A DNA stretch of 63,793 bases, filler included, from Folioceros fuciformis (taxonomy: Eukaryota), in NCBI GenBank assembly GCA_049999805.1. It is 4 parts of 4 records of this genome, joined end to end, with 100 filler letters (N's around TTAATTAATTAA, not from the genome) between each part and the next. Parts side by side here need not be neighbours in the genome. Positions count along the whole stretch, not along the records: positions 28,846 to 54,844 come from JBNGIO010006209.1; positions 54,945 to 61,985 come from JBNGIO010006216.1; 2 more parts are not named here. One strand, 5' to 3'. A model generated the notes under the pieces. The model was not told where the DNA came from. It worked only from the letters and a program-made list of their open reading frames with translations, and made no database searches. Of the stretch, positions 51,063-62,085 are shown piece after piece (the first letter of the stretch is position 1; each line of letters opens with the position of its first letter). The position numbers and the translations under genes were made by a program.

Positions 51063-51896
51063 CGTGCGGGTTTTTTGTCGTGAGCAATACATTCTGGCAC
51101 CTTGTTGCTTTCTCTTCCGCTTTCTGCCATACCTGTACACATACTTCTCGAATGATAGAATTGAGGCGGCTGTCTCCGTTGCCCAGTTTTTGTTTGCTTG
51201 CTTTCTTGCCTGGTCCTCTCTTGGGCCTCCTTGTTTGTGTGGCTAGTAATCTATTCTTCAAGCGTCAAGTATCTCTCGTTTGTGACAAGGTGCGGGCCTT
51301 CCCCTGATCAGTCATGTCATGTCTTGTCATGTCACAAAGAGACTCCTCTTATGCTGCGATTCTCTAATCCCCGTACCTCAGGAGCTTGTATCAAGCTTTG
51401 GACTTGTTTACAATATTTAGTCATGGGAACGAGTTTGAAATGATAAGTATGGAAGGTGGTGGGATCCTCGTTCTTCAGTCGATTGTTGGAAAGATTTGGC
51501 CATGTTTATAACGTTATCGGCCATGGCAACGAGTATAAAATGAGCAATATATGTTGTCCAAGCTGGTTGTCTGTTTTGAGCCATCTTCCGTGTACAACTT
51601 GACTAGGATTCTGTGGATATTGGAGGGCAGCGGGCCCCCTTATCTAAGGTCTGAAACGCAATACCGTCGGTGCAAGCCCTCCGGGATTTAACCACACAGT
51701 AGCCCAGACGCTGTGAGATAAGCCATAACATCGGATTGACAACGGAACTTGGTAAGTATACAACAAGTTGGTACCGCAAGCTTGGTTGGCACGAAGGAAA
51801 ATCCTTTTGTTCTACGAGCGCCTAGTAGACAACCCAACTTTCATGAAAGATGAGGAACCTGTCTCCTGGTCAACAAGCAGCAAACAAACAGCCTCA

Positions 51897-52454
51897 CTAT
51901 GAAGACCCCGAATCCACCTCTATCTGGGATGATGTCTCTGCACCTGTACTAGTTGCTTCACCAAGCCTGGCACCATCCTGTTTTGCAGAAAACAACTTTT
52001 GCTCCATGCCATCGACACTCTTGTGAAACACAGCGGAAAGGGAGGCCTCGACGGATTCTTGAGTGACGCCTGGGTCACTACTGCCCTTTGTCGTGTAGCC
52101 CCAGGAGATGACAGTGGTTCCAGTGTCGGGGCCATCCGTGAGACGAAGCGAGCCAGTGTAATCCTTCAATCCAAGGCTGTTGTCCTCAAGTACGTAGGCA
52201 TATGCATGGTTGTCCAAGTCCAGTTCGACAAGACGCTCGTAAAAATAGGCGCCGTGTTCAGCGACAACGTACCGCACTGCTCCTACGGACTGAGGCTCCC
52301 CTGACGACAACGTGGACGACGCAATTGGCACCCAGCGTCCCAATTGTATGAAGTCACCGACCAGATCCCAGACATCTTGCACAGGAGCTTTGATATGCCT
52401 GCTGAGGGAGAGTGTCCAAAGCGGTGGCGAGCTGTCGCTCCCCTGCTCCGCCAT
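51897..52454 (-). CDS. SRPBCC / polyketide-cyclase-like (START fold, lachrymatory-factor-synthase-like) protein
   Basis: IKAPVQDVWDLVGDF..LGRWVP, GEPQSVGAVR, ERLVELD...YAY and TVISW. The upstream ATG at 52502 is an alternative start. Confidence 0.85.
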   Translation of the reverse strand: MAEQGSDSSPPLWTLSLSRHIKAPVQDVWDLVGDFIQLGRWVPIASSTLSSGEPQSVGAVRYVVAEHGAYFYERLVELDLDNHAYAYVLEDNSLGLKDYTGSLRLTDGPDTGTTVISWGYTTKGSSDPGVTQESVEASLSAVFHKSVDGMEQKLFSAKQDGARLGEATSTGAETSSQIEVDSGSS

Positions 52455-54844
52455 CTCCTGAAGGTACAACGAATCCAATGCTCTCAGGCTTTGACCAGCC
52501 ATACGAGAGGAATCTCGCTACTGCTGAAGGTCTGCCTGGTCTGTTGTTGCGCTGTTCTTTAGAACTTAGAAACAATCGGTGGAGCGAGCCATGCAGGCCA
52601 CACACCGGGACAGCTGGCGTCGATGGTGCATGAGATTCTGAAGTAGCTAGGAAGCTCGTTCGGCAACAGAGACGTGTGCGGGAATGTGAAACAGACTCGA
52701 CGTCGGAGCCGGCGTCAGGTCTGTCTCCTTCTCCGGGTCGATGGACGTGCACGTGTTGACACAGCAGGGATGGATAGCTTAATTTGTGGCAAGGATGTGA
52801 CAGTGATGTCGACTGAAGCCAAGTTGTGTCCCGTTAAAAGTTACCAGTCCTCTACTGTTGTGCTGTTGTGCTGTTGAAAGGAGCGCTGAAGCCGGTTGTC
52901 CATGGGAGTATGCCCTTGCCTTGTTTTACAGTCTGTCAAGGGTGAGCTACCGCTTTGTGGTGCCGGAGGCTTAGGAAAAGGCGGGTGCGGAAGACCATCA
53001 TAAGCTTTTCTTTCTCCATCTTCAAGGTTTTGACAACCTGGCTCTTGTGGTTGACGCTTAGTTTGTGTGTGCTTTCATGGTCACCAGCACCAGGGCATTT
53101 GCTCGTGAGCGATGCTTGCGGAAATACGTGCTGCAGGCCTGCTCGCTTCTGGGGCGCTGTGTACAGTAGTTTCTGCTTTTCTCAGGGGCCCTTTCCCTTT
53201 TAAACTGCATGCCATTGGATTTGTCCCCCTTCCATGCACATGCAGGCACTCAGCTGGTGCTTAGGACTTTAGCGACCCTTGCTCCCCGGATTAGAGCCCG
53301 GACATGGATTTGGTAGGCGCAGTGACTGGGCTAGGAATGTCGTGTTGACTGTGGTGCCGCTTCTTTGACTTGGAAGGTTGGCGGCATGTAGCATTACGAC
53401 CGGTGTTTGGTTTTCTTTTGCTGTGGCAGTAAGCCCTGACGTGACTGTGAATGTAATCCCTGGAGCTTGGATTCAGGGGCGAGATCATTCATTTAGTCTG
53501 GCTGAAGATGTAGGAAACATTTCTGCTAGTCTAAGACAAGCTTGTGTGGAAAAAGTTGTGAGGTTCTGGCTAGGTTACTTTCCAGCCCCTACATAATTGC
53601 GTTGTTTAGCTTTTCGTAGGCTTTGATTGCTGAGTAGAGCAGTTGTTGGAGCGTTCGTGCCTTTGGTAGCTGATGTCAGAAATGTTTGGGTTCCGTCGCC
53701 GTGCAGGATGTGTTGGAAAGGAGGCTTCCTGTTTTCCTGTCCAGCGGGGGTGGTGAGCTTGTGGCTGGCCAGGCCCATCCACCTAGCTTAGGTAGAAACA
53801 CGAAAAGTCAGAATGTGTGAATTGTTTTAGTGTGTGAGTTGTGGCCAGTGAAAGTGCCCGCAGACAAGAGTCTGTCGGTGAGGACCATCTTCACCGTAAA
53901 AACATGTGTGTGCTTTGATTAAAGTCTTTGCTCACAAGGGGCTTAGTACATGTGTGGTAGTCAGCGTTGGATACAAGAATGGGGGTGACATGTGATCCGT
54001 GTTTGGCATTGGCAGTGCAGACCCGGTGAGGTAAGGTACTCACCCGTCGGGTAGTGGAAGTCAAAGTGTCGATTGAAGTTCGAGTGGGTTGAACAACAAA
54101 TCGAAGTGTTGCGAGGGGTGTTAGGAGAGAAGTGCATCCCAAGGTCTCAAGTACGTGATGCATGAATGCACCACAACCCCCACCCCCTCCCCCCAGTCTG
54201 CTTGTGCAGCCTTTGCAGGGCTGTGCTGTGTGTGTAGGTAGGTAGGTAGGTAGCTAGCTATATGGCATTGTCTGACATCCGGGCTGAGAGGGTTGAGGCT
54301 GGCTGTGAGTGAAGTTCCTGGAGTAGTGCCGTAGGGTGATGCAGAGGTGTGGGTGAGGTGGAGGGGAAGCAGTGACATGGTAAGCATTGCGAAGTTGAGG
54401 TGCGATGCGTTGCCTGTCTGGCTCCCATCACATTCCCACCCTCTTTTTGGGCAGCGCAGCTCACATGCTTGGCGACCCTCTTTTCCACCCACCCACTCCA
54501 CTCCACTCTACTCCTCCCTACCGCCAGCGGACCCGACCCAACCTGACCTGACCCGCACCATATCTGCATCAAAGCAGAGCAGGTTTGATGGAGAGAGCCC
54601 GGAGGCCACCAACACCCCAAGCCGCGCATGGGAGAGGAGGGGGCGAGAGGTTACGGGCGCGGGGTGCGGGGTGCGGATGCGCGGGTGCGCCGGGAGGTAC
54701 ATATTGTACATACATGGCTGTGCTAGCATACATGTACAAGCACATGATAATAAACGGGGCACAATGATGATGGTGAGCAGCGCGGCAAGCGCGGCATTGA
54801 GGAGGAAAGTGTGTGTTTGGCTATAATTGTGCAAGGGACAAGGG

Positions 54845-54944
54845 NNNNNNNNNNNNNNNNNNNNNNNNNNNNNNNNNNNNNNNNNNNNTTAATTAATTAA
54901 NNNNNNNNNNNNNNNNNNNNNNNNNNNNNNNNNNNNNNNNNNNN
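54845..54944. other. Artificial contig-join linker
   Basis: N run - TTAATTAATTAA - N run. Confidence 0.9.
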
Positions 54945-54945
54945 G

Positions 54946-57789
54946 GTGTGTGCCAATCGGGGAGGCTGGGCGAGCTCGCCGGGAGGAGGAGGAGTCGGGG
55001 CAGGGGCAGGGGCAGCCCAAGGGCGGCTGGGATTGAAGCAGAGCGGCTGGGAAGGGGAGCAGGAGCACGGATTCGCAGGGCTGAACGGGAGCCCGAGTCG
55101 AGGGAGGAGGACTGAGAGATTCGACTCCGATTTGCAGAACCAGGACCCGCGGACTCCCCCTCCTCCGGGGTGGGGTGTGGGTGCTGGATTCCTCATGAGC
55201 TCGGTGGTTACAGACCGGGGGAGCTTCTCCGCGACCGCCCACCTGGGCCTGCCCAAGTTCAACCATTCGGAGATGGAGCAGCTGCTGGGCAGGTTCGGGA
55301 ACGAGCAGTGTGGTCAGAGTCCGGCAGAGCTTCCTGCACCTCCGCATTTCGGCACCGCCGTGGCCAGCAGCCTGCAGCACAGTGGCGCTGTGAACCACTT
55401 CACTCGGAGCGCAGCGGGGTATGCTGGAGCCAGTCTGCACATCCCGAGCTCTAGTGGGCTCCCGGATTGCTCTGCCGGCCTGCTCACCGACCCTCAGACT
55501 CCGCCCCGCTTCGCCACCCACCCGGACAGGATGAGCTCCTTCGTGCACGACTCGCCGGGGCCCGCTTCCTCGCACTTCCTCAGCGCTAGCCCGCACTTCA
55601 TGTCCAGTCCCAAGAGGATGCAGAGCCCGTTTCTGGCGGATCCCGCAGGCTCGTCCCAGTTCCTCCGCAGCCCGAAGCGGGCCACTGCCTTCTCCAACGA
55701 CGCACAGAGTGCGCCCATGGCCTTCGGCAGTGCAAGGAGGCTGAATCTCTTTGGTGACCCGACGCCTTCCACTTCAGGCCATGGTCACGGTGTATCCAGG
55801 ATGAGCAATTTGGCCAACTCCGACTCCAGCCCGTTTGTGGCCGAGCTGGAGAGGCTGGGGTCCTTCGGGAGCGATCCTGCCACCTCTTGCCACTTCGTCA
55901 GCGACCTGGACCGTCTCACGTCCTTCATCAACGACACCCCCAGCTCCTCCGCATTTGCCTCCGACCTGGACAGGCTGGGTCCTTTGGTGGGCGACCTGCC
56001 GAGCTCCTCCCACTTCATGTCCGACTCGGAAAGGCTGGGGAACCTCGTCACGGCCGCCAATCCCTTCGTGGGAGATTCGGAAAGCTTGAGCACGTTTGTG
56101 AGCGGTCCGGAGAGCCTGAGCACGTTTGTGGGCGATCCCCAGGTGTCAGGAAGGTTTGAGTGCGATCCCGAGGGGCTGAGCCATTTCGTGACTGACTCTA
56201 GCGAGATGTTGAGCGACTCCGAGAGGTTCAGTTCTCTGACCTGCGATGCCAAACAGCCCTTCAGGGAGGAGCAGGAGGAGAAGCAAGGCAATGAAACCGC
56301 TCTGACGGACACTGTCAGGAATGCCCGCCTCGTGAGCGACGCTCAAGCCTGCTCCAGCCGCTTTGTGGGGAAGGGGCGAGGATCAAGCAGGAACAATGCG
56401 GTGACCTCCAGCGAGGAGGCCAATGGCCATGCTCATGCCCAAACCCAGGCCCATGCGCAGCTGCAGAGTGCAGGAAAAGAGTGTGCTGCTGCAGGAGAGG
56501 CGGCTTCTTGTGATGACCACGAGCCTGTGAGGAGCAGTGACAGGCACAGTGGCTCCAACTGCACTCTGGTGGCGGCATCTGACGAGCTCCAGGTGCTGGA
56601 TTCGCTGGCGAGCAGCGGGGACGAGCAGGAGAGGGAAGGGGGTCCCGGGGTGGAGCTCGTCGATCTGCTGCTGGCTTGCACGCAGGCGGTGTCCAGCAGC
56701 AACCTGAGCAGGATAAATCCTCTTCTTGCACGTCTGGGTAAGCTGGCGTCTCCGGAAGGAACCTCCATCCAGAGAGTGGCGGCCTACTTCACCGAGGGTC
56801 TGGCGTACCGGATCGCCGATACCTGGCCACAGGTATACCAGCCGATGCCGGCCAATCTGGAGCTTTGCGAGGACGATCTCCTGTCGGCCTACCACATCCT
56901 CAACCACGTCTGCCCCTACACCAAGTTCTCGCACTTCTCGGCCAACGAGGCCATCCTGCAGGTGTTCGAGGGGCAGGATAGAGTCCATGTCATCGACTTC
57001 GACATCCAGCAGGGGCTGCAGTGGCCCGCACTCTTCCAGAGCCTGGCGTCCCGCCCGGATGGCCCGCCGCATGTGAGGATCACGGGCATCGGGGAATGCA
57101 AGGAGGAGTTGCAGGATACGGGAGATAGGCTCGCCGAATTCGCCCAGGATCTGAACCTGCCGTTCGAGTTCCATGCTGTGATTGATACCCTGGAGGAGGT
57201 CCGGTTGTGGATGCTGCATGTGAAGGAGAAGGAAGCGGTGGCGGTGAACTGCGTGTCGCAGCTGCATCGTGCTCTGCACGATGAGTCTGGGGGGGCCATC
57301 CAGGATGTGCTGAGCGTGATCAAGAGTGTAAAACCTAGGGTGGTGGTGATGGTAGAGCAGGAGGCCAGCCACAACGGGCCCTTCGAGGCGCGGGTTGTGG
57401 AAGCTCTGCAGTACTACTCTGCTGTGTTCGATTCTATCGACTCCAGCCTGCCTCCGGAGAGCGAGGCCCGTCTAAAGTTGGAGCAGCTTTTTGCGCGGGA
57501 GATCAGGAACATAGTTGCTTGCGAGGGGCTGGACCGGACGGAGAGGCATGAGAAGATGGAGAGATGGCGGGCAATCTTCGGCCGAGGAGGTTTCCAGCCT
57601 GTGCCCCTTGGCCACCGTGCCGCTAGTCAGGCAAAGCTGCTGCTTTACATGTTCACCAACCAAGGCTACCGGCTGGAGGAGGACAAGGGTGCTCTCATCC
57701 TCAACTGGCTAGACCGGCCTCTCTACTCCGTCTCCGCCTGGAATCTTGTGCAAGAGCCGGCACCGTCTAAACCAAAGAAGCATGAATAA
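54946..57789 (+). CDS. SCL28: GRAS transcription factor of the SCL28/DLT clade, intronless; 5' end may be cut by the contig edge (first ATG 55195)
   Basis: LVDLLLAC, RVAAYFTEGL, VHVIDFDI.QGLQWP, VRITG, LEEVRLWMLHVKE (SCL28-like), EQEASHN and LYSVSAW. Confidence 0.9.
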   Translation: MCANRGGWASSPGGGGVGAGAGAAQGRLGLKQSGWEGEQEHGFAGLNGSPSRGRRTERFDSDLQNQDPRTPPPPGWGVGAGFLMSSVVTDRGSFSATAHLGLPKFNHSEMEQLLGRFGNEQCGQSPAELPAPPHFGTAVASSLQHSGAVNHFTRSAAGYAGASLHIPSSSGLPDCSAGLLTDPQTPPRFATHPDRMSSFVHDSPGPASSHFLSASPHFMSSPKRMQSPFLADPAGSSQFLRSPKRATAFSNDAQSAPMAFGSARRLNLFGDPTPSTSGHGHGVSRMSNLANSDSSPFVAELERLGSFGSDPATSCHFVSDLDRLTSFINDTPSSSAFASDLDRLGPLVGDLPSSSHFMSDSERLGNLVTAANPFVGDSESLSTFVSGPESLSTFVGDPQVSGRFECDPEGLSHFVTDSSEMLSDSERFSSLTCDAKQPFREEQEEKQGNETALTDTVRNARLVSDAQACSSRFVGKGRGSSRNNAVTSSEEANGHAHAQTQAHAQLQSAGKECAAAGEAASCDDHEPVRSSDRHSGSNCTLVAASDELQVLDSLASSGDEQEREGGPGVELVDLLLACTQAVSSSNLSRINPLLARLGKLASPEGTSIQRVAAYFTEGLAYRIADTWPQVYQPMPANLELCEDDLLSAYHILNHVCPYTKFSHFSANEAILQVFEGQDRVHVIDFDIQQGLQWPALFQSLASRPDGPPHVRITGIGECKEELQDTGDRLAEFAQDLNLPFEFHAVIDTLEEVRLWMLHVKEKEAVAVNCVSQLHRALHDESGGAIQDVLSVIKSVKPRVVVMVEQEASHNGPFEARVVEALQYYSAVFDSIDSSLPPESEARLKLEQLFAREIRNIVACEGLDRTERHEKMERWRAIFGRGGFQPVPLGHRAASQAKLLLYMFTNQGYRLEEDKGALILNWLDRPLYSVSAWNLVQEPAPSKPKKHE

Positions 57790-59471
57790 TCGTCCATCAT
57801 ACCTTCCGTGCCATTGCTTCTTCCTACACCAATTTTGGACCCAGGCTTGTTTCCTAGCTCGCTGTGTATATAGGTCTATCTGCATGCGTGGAGGCCCCAT
57901 TTTGCCTGCGTTGATGAGGTTGTTTTTTTGTCCAGCATCACACGATGCAGTCCACAGCTTGCCTTCACCATTTCAATGAAAGGAGCTGTGAACGAACATC
58001 AAGGTTCCTGCTCTTCCGCACATTCAAGCAATCAATCGGGTTGGACTCGGAGCTCCCAGAGCGTACATAGCATCTCTATTTCATCTGCGTAATCCAGATC
58101 AAATCCATCAGGAGGATCAAGATCTAAGACTCTATTTCCCTCTCTGCTGATACTGCAAATCGAATGGTTTGTATGAGAAGCATCGCTCCTCAGGACTCTG
58201 CCATCCTTCTATATCTCGCCAGCTAGATTCCCAATGACACAGTGATCCAAAGCACATTCCAAAGTCTTTCTCGAACATCTCTTGGACCGTCGACGGACTG
58301 TGACCTTTGAGGCTGTTCCTGTTTGATTTGCACTCTCTCCAGTGGCCTCGGTTTTTCTTCAAGATTGTCCCTTAATTCATTTGCATTCGCCTGGTGAAAT
58401 ACCTCTCGCTGCTCGGACATCTAGGCTCCTATAACGAGGTCTCAGTGCTGTCTAAAACAACCCACCAAACACAGACTACCATGTTCACAATCTTGGAATG
58501 CCACAACACGCCTGCAAAGTAAAATAAAAAGCTGAGACCAACAGGTAACGTGCTAGCCAGCACTGTTACCATGTCAATGAGGTGGCGTGCTAGCCAATAC
58601 TGAGGTCATAGCGATGAAGTGTATGTCATGTTTGCCCACTGCCACATGGTGGGCACCTCCCAGATTCTTCCTGACTGTCATCAATTCAAAGGGAGTCTCG
58701 AGCGGACATTAAAACATCCTTGTAGGACAATCCAAACCACCACGCCTACCTCAGGCTTACTGGAACAGCATGTTTGTGTGCACAGAACACACCTCTGATG
58801 CTCTGTGCACACAAACATGCAGATATTACTGCACTCAATATCCTCTTGTGCAACTGGTGTCTTTTAAGAGACCGAAGTTGACCCGGGTAATAAACACGAA
58901 TAGGACGGCATTAGGCCATGAAGGTGGAAGGTGCCAGAGAAAGGGTGTCGTTCAACCACTTTGCCTCTTAAGCCACCTGTGTGAAAGGAGATAACTACGG
59001 CACGTGGTGGCCACGCGCTGACAGTGACGTGGAGATAATTCATATGCAGTGTGTCGGCCACATGATGATCCCGGTCACTCAATGGTCAGGTCGTGATAGG
59101 TTAAGGTTTGAAAATGCATCGGATGGGCGACACGTATTCAATCCAACGGCACAAGGAGGTACGATGAAGCCATCCCTTGAAAAGGTCTAGTTCCGGGCGT
59201 GAGTTTGCCACACTCCGTCCTTGCACCTGCGCCACTCCCTTGTGCGTGACGCTTGGCCGCTTGCTCGCGCGCTAGCTCGCTCGCTCGCCTAGTATCCGCG
59301 ATTTGGCGTCTCGCCGTCGCGCCGCTTTCTGCTATTTGGACCCTCGCTTTGGCTGGCGGTGGCCACGATTAGGCATGCGCTTCCCCGTTTGCTTGTGTTC
59401 TGCTCGCCTTTGCCTGTTTGCTTTGCACCATGCATTGGCTCTGCTTTCTAACGTCTTCCCTGTGTCGGCAG

Positions 59472-60070
59472 GCTCACAAATTCCCGAAGACAGCCTGTGA
59501 GGCCAGAGCTTCGCCTACACGGTAAGGAATGTGTTTAGGGCAACGCCGAACTGTGTCGGATTTGCGCTTAGGTTGTATGGAAGGTGGGCGATGGGATGAA
59601 TCTCACAGCCGCAGGTGGTCCGGCTTGATGACTCGCTTAGCTTCGCAATCTGAATATTGCCTGCCGGTGTTTTTGTTGGTTTGATGCTTCTGAAGCGTTT
59701 CCTTGGACCCGATCGGTGTTTCTCCTTCCGCGCTTGCGTGGCTTAGGCGGTTGTGTTGGCCGCTTTCCGTCCTTGTTTTGTTATGGAAGCCTTTGTTAGG
59801 CGGTTAGCAGCTGTTGGCCCGATCGAGGTAGTCAGTGTATTCTCCATCTCGTCTGTTGGCTTGATGTCCGAAGATGTCTTACTTGGCAATCTTTCTACTT
59901 GTTCCGTCGGAAATTGGTGCCAAGCGGCGGTCAGGTGTTGGAGGAGAAAGATATTGAATCTGGCCCCCCTGCTCTTGTCCTCTTCACGGTTGACAGTGTC
60001 TTCCGGTACTGAGTGATATCTTGAGTGCTGCATTAGCTCTACTGATCCGCCTTTGGTTTTCCTGTGACAG
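59472..60070 (+). other. Putative ferritin 5'-UTR mini-exon (59472-59521) and intron (59522-60070)
   Basis: Acceptor cggcag|gctc, donor acacg|gtaagg, and a pyrimidine-rich acceptor gtgacag| 13 nt before the ATG. Confidence 0.5.
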
Positions 60071-60083
60071 CTAACAGTTCAGC

Positions 60084-60860
60084 ATGAGTCTACGCACACA
60101 CATCGGTGCGGCTACGTCCTTGGCCGCCGGCATCGGAGGCTCGTCTTTGAATGCTAAGAACGGAGTAGTTCCAGCTCCATCTGCTGCTCGGCCGGGCAGG
60201 TCCCGGCCAGCATTTAGGGGTGTTTCCGCTGCACTCACCGCAAACAACAGTGCCTTGACAGGAGTCGTGTTTGAGCCTTTTGCGGAGGTGAAGAACCAGC
60301 TGGAGCTGGTGCCTGAAACATCTTCTGTGTCCTTCGCGCGGCAGCGTTTCAGTTCCGCCTGCGAAGCGGCGCTTAATGAACAGATCAACGTGGAGTACAA
60401 TGTGTCCTACATCTACCATGCCTTGTTCGCTTACTTCGACAGGGACAATGTTGGATTGCCTGGCTTAGCTAAGTACTTCAAGGACGGTAGTGACGAGGAG
60501 CGGAAGCATGCGGAACTTCTGATGGAATACCAGAACAAGCGAGGAGGTCGGGTGAAGTTGCAGTCCATCCTCATGCCGGTGATGGAGTTCGATCATGCTG
60601 ACAAGGGGGATGCTCTGTACGCCATGGAGTTATCCTTATCACTGGAGAAGCTCACCAATGAGAAGCTTCTCAACCTTCACAAGGTTGCTGTGGAGAGTGA
60701 TGATCCACAGATGACCGACTTTATTGAGAGCACGTTTTTGGGCGAGCAGGTGGAGGCCATCAAGAAAGTATCAGAGTACGTTGCTCAACTTCGGAGGGTT
60801 GGCAAGGGTCACGGGGTTTACCACTTCGACCTTGCTCTTCAAGGTGCTGCCCCGGCTTGA
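60084..60860 (+). CDS. FER: Plastid ferritin, single coding exon
   Basis: Transit peptide, [55 protein letters not shown] and [10 protein letters not shown]. Confidence 0.96.
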   Translation: MSLRTHIGAATSLAAGIGGSSLNAKNGVVPAPSAARPGRSRPAFRGVSAALTANNSALTGVVFEPFAEVKNQLELVPETSSVSFARQRFSSACEAALNEQINVEYNVSYIYHALFAYFDRDNVGLPGLAKYFKDGSDEERKHAELLMEYQNKRGGRVKLQSILMPVMEFDHADKGDALYAMELSLSLEKLTNEKLLNLHKVAVESDDPQMTDFIESTFLGEQVEAIKKVSEYVAQLRRVGKGHGVYHFDLALQGAAPA

Positions 60861-61769
60861 CCTCCAGGCGCCGGTCTCCGTCCCTACGCCAGGCAGTTTC
60901 TTTTTACCTGCTGCTTAGATGTGTAGCTAGCTATCTACATGTCGGAGCCCGGAGTGGAGGCGCAGAATCTTGGGCTAGAAAGTGTCTGCCTCCCTGGTTC
61001 TTTGACTCATGTGAACTCAGTACTGTACACGGGAAGAGCCCGAAGGCGCAATGAGCGTTGCCATGTTTCTTAGAGTGATGCCTGGAAGCCGGGCACGACA
61101 AACCAAAGCCGGTTAGGAATGTCTTAGATGCCGTAGATAAGAAACTAGAAGCATTCACTTTTAGCACAGACAAGTGGCGTAACAATTGTCCGAAAATAGA
61201 CTCTCGTAATTCGCTAAGCACCTCATAGCCGGCATGTAGCTTGACAAGGATCGCCTATGCAACATTCTGCAGTGCTTGCGTGTAGCTGTCCTGGAAGCGA
61301 AGAATGTTTTTGTTAGATAGTCTTGACTGGTTAGACAAGGAACTCTAATTGGATTCGTTTTGACAAGATAGGACTACTCGGTTGCATGGAGGGGATTCGG
61401 GAATGCAGCGTGTCTGCCCAGTCGAAACTAGGCCTCCAAAATCCGGGGCAGAGACTTTCCTCAACTCCGTGTACATGTTGTCGCCAGGAATTACATCCTC
61501 CTGCAAATGTAAACACTCAAAGGAAAAGCAACAGCCCGAGCTGAAGCGGTCGTGTTGGTCACTCTTGACGAACGTAGTGCGCAGTGAGCACTGCGACCGA
61601 TCAATGGCAAAACCAAGACTCCATCCCTTCGCATTGACAGCGTGACCATGTCCGTGGCGACACCTGACAGCTCAGCTGGGCGTAAGCATTCTCAAAAAGC
61701 AAGGACAGGTGACCATGTGTCAACAAATCGACCTTTGACGTACTTGAGGACGGAATCGGAGATGAGGGG

Positions 61770-61985
61770 CCTCAAGAGCTCAAGTTCAGTCTGTTCAGAG
61801 AGCTCGACCGGCAAAGCTCCTACCAGACGTTGATGGAGAGGAATCAAGAGCTGAACTTCAGTCTGTCCGGAGAAGGCGACCGTCTTGTGAGGCCTCGAGA
61901 TCTGAAGCTCAGTCTGTTCAGAGAACTGGACCGGCAAAGCTCCTACCAGACGTTGATGGAGAGGGCTAAAGTGCTGAACTTCAGT
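61770..61985 (+). repeat. 123-bp tandem repeat truncated by the contig end
   Basis: cagtctgttcagaga...accggcaaagctcctaccagacgttgatggagagg at about 61787 and 61910. Confidence 0.8.
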
Positions 61986-62085
61986 NNNNNNNNNNNNNNN
62001 NNNNNNNNNNNNNNNNNNNNNNNNNNNNNTTAATTAATTAANNNNNNNNNNNNNNNNNNNNNNNNNNNNNNNNNNNNNNNNNNNN
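61986..62085. other. Artificial contig-join linker
   Basis: N run - TTAATTAATTAA - N run. Confidence 0.9.

Noticed and set aside
52600..54844. Possible miRNA precursor or GRAS leader
   Set aside because: No match to conserved miRNAs I checked and no clear hairpin; separated from the GRAS gene by an artificial linker.
56383..57372. 329-aa antisense ORF
   Set aside because: Shadow ORF of the GC-rich GRAS coding sequence.
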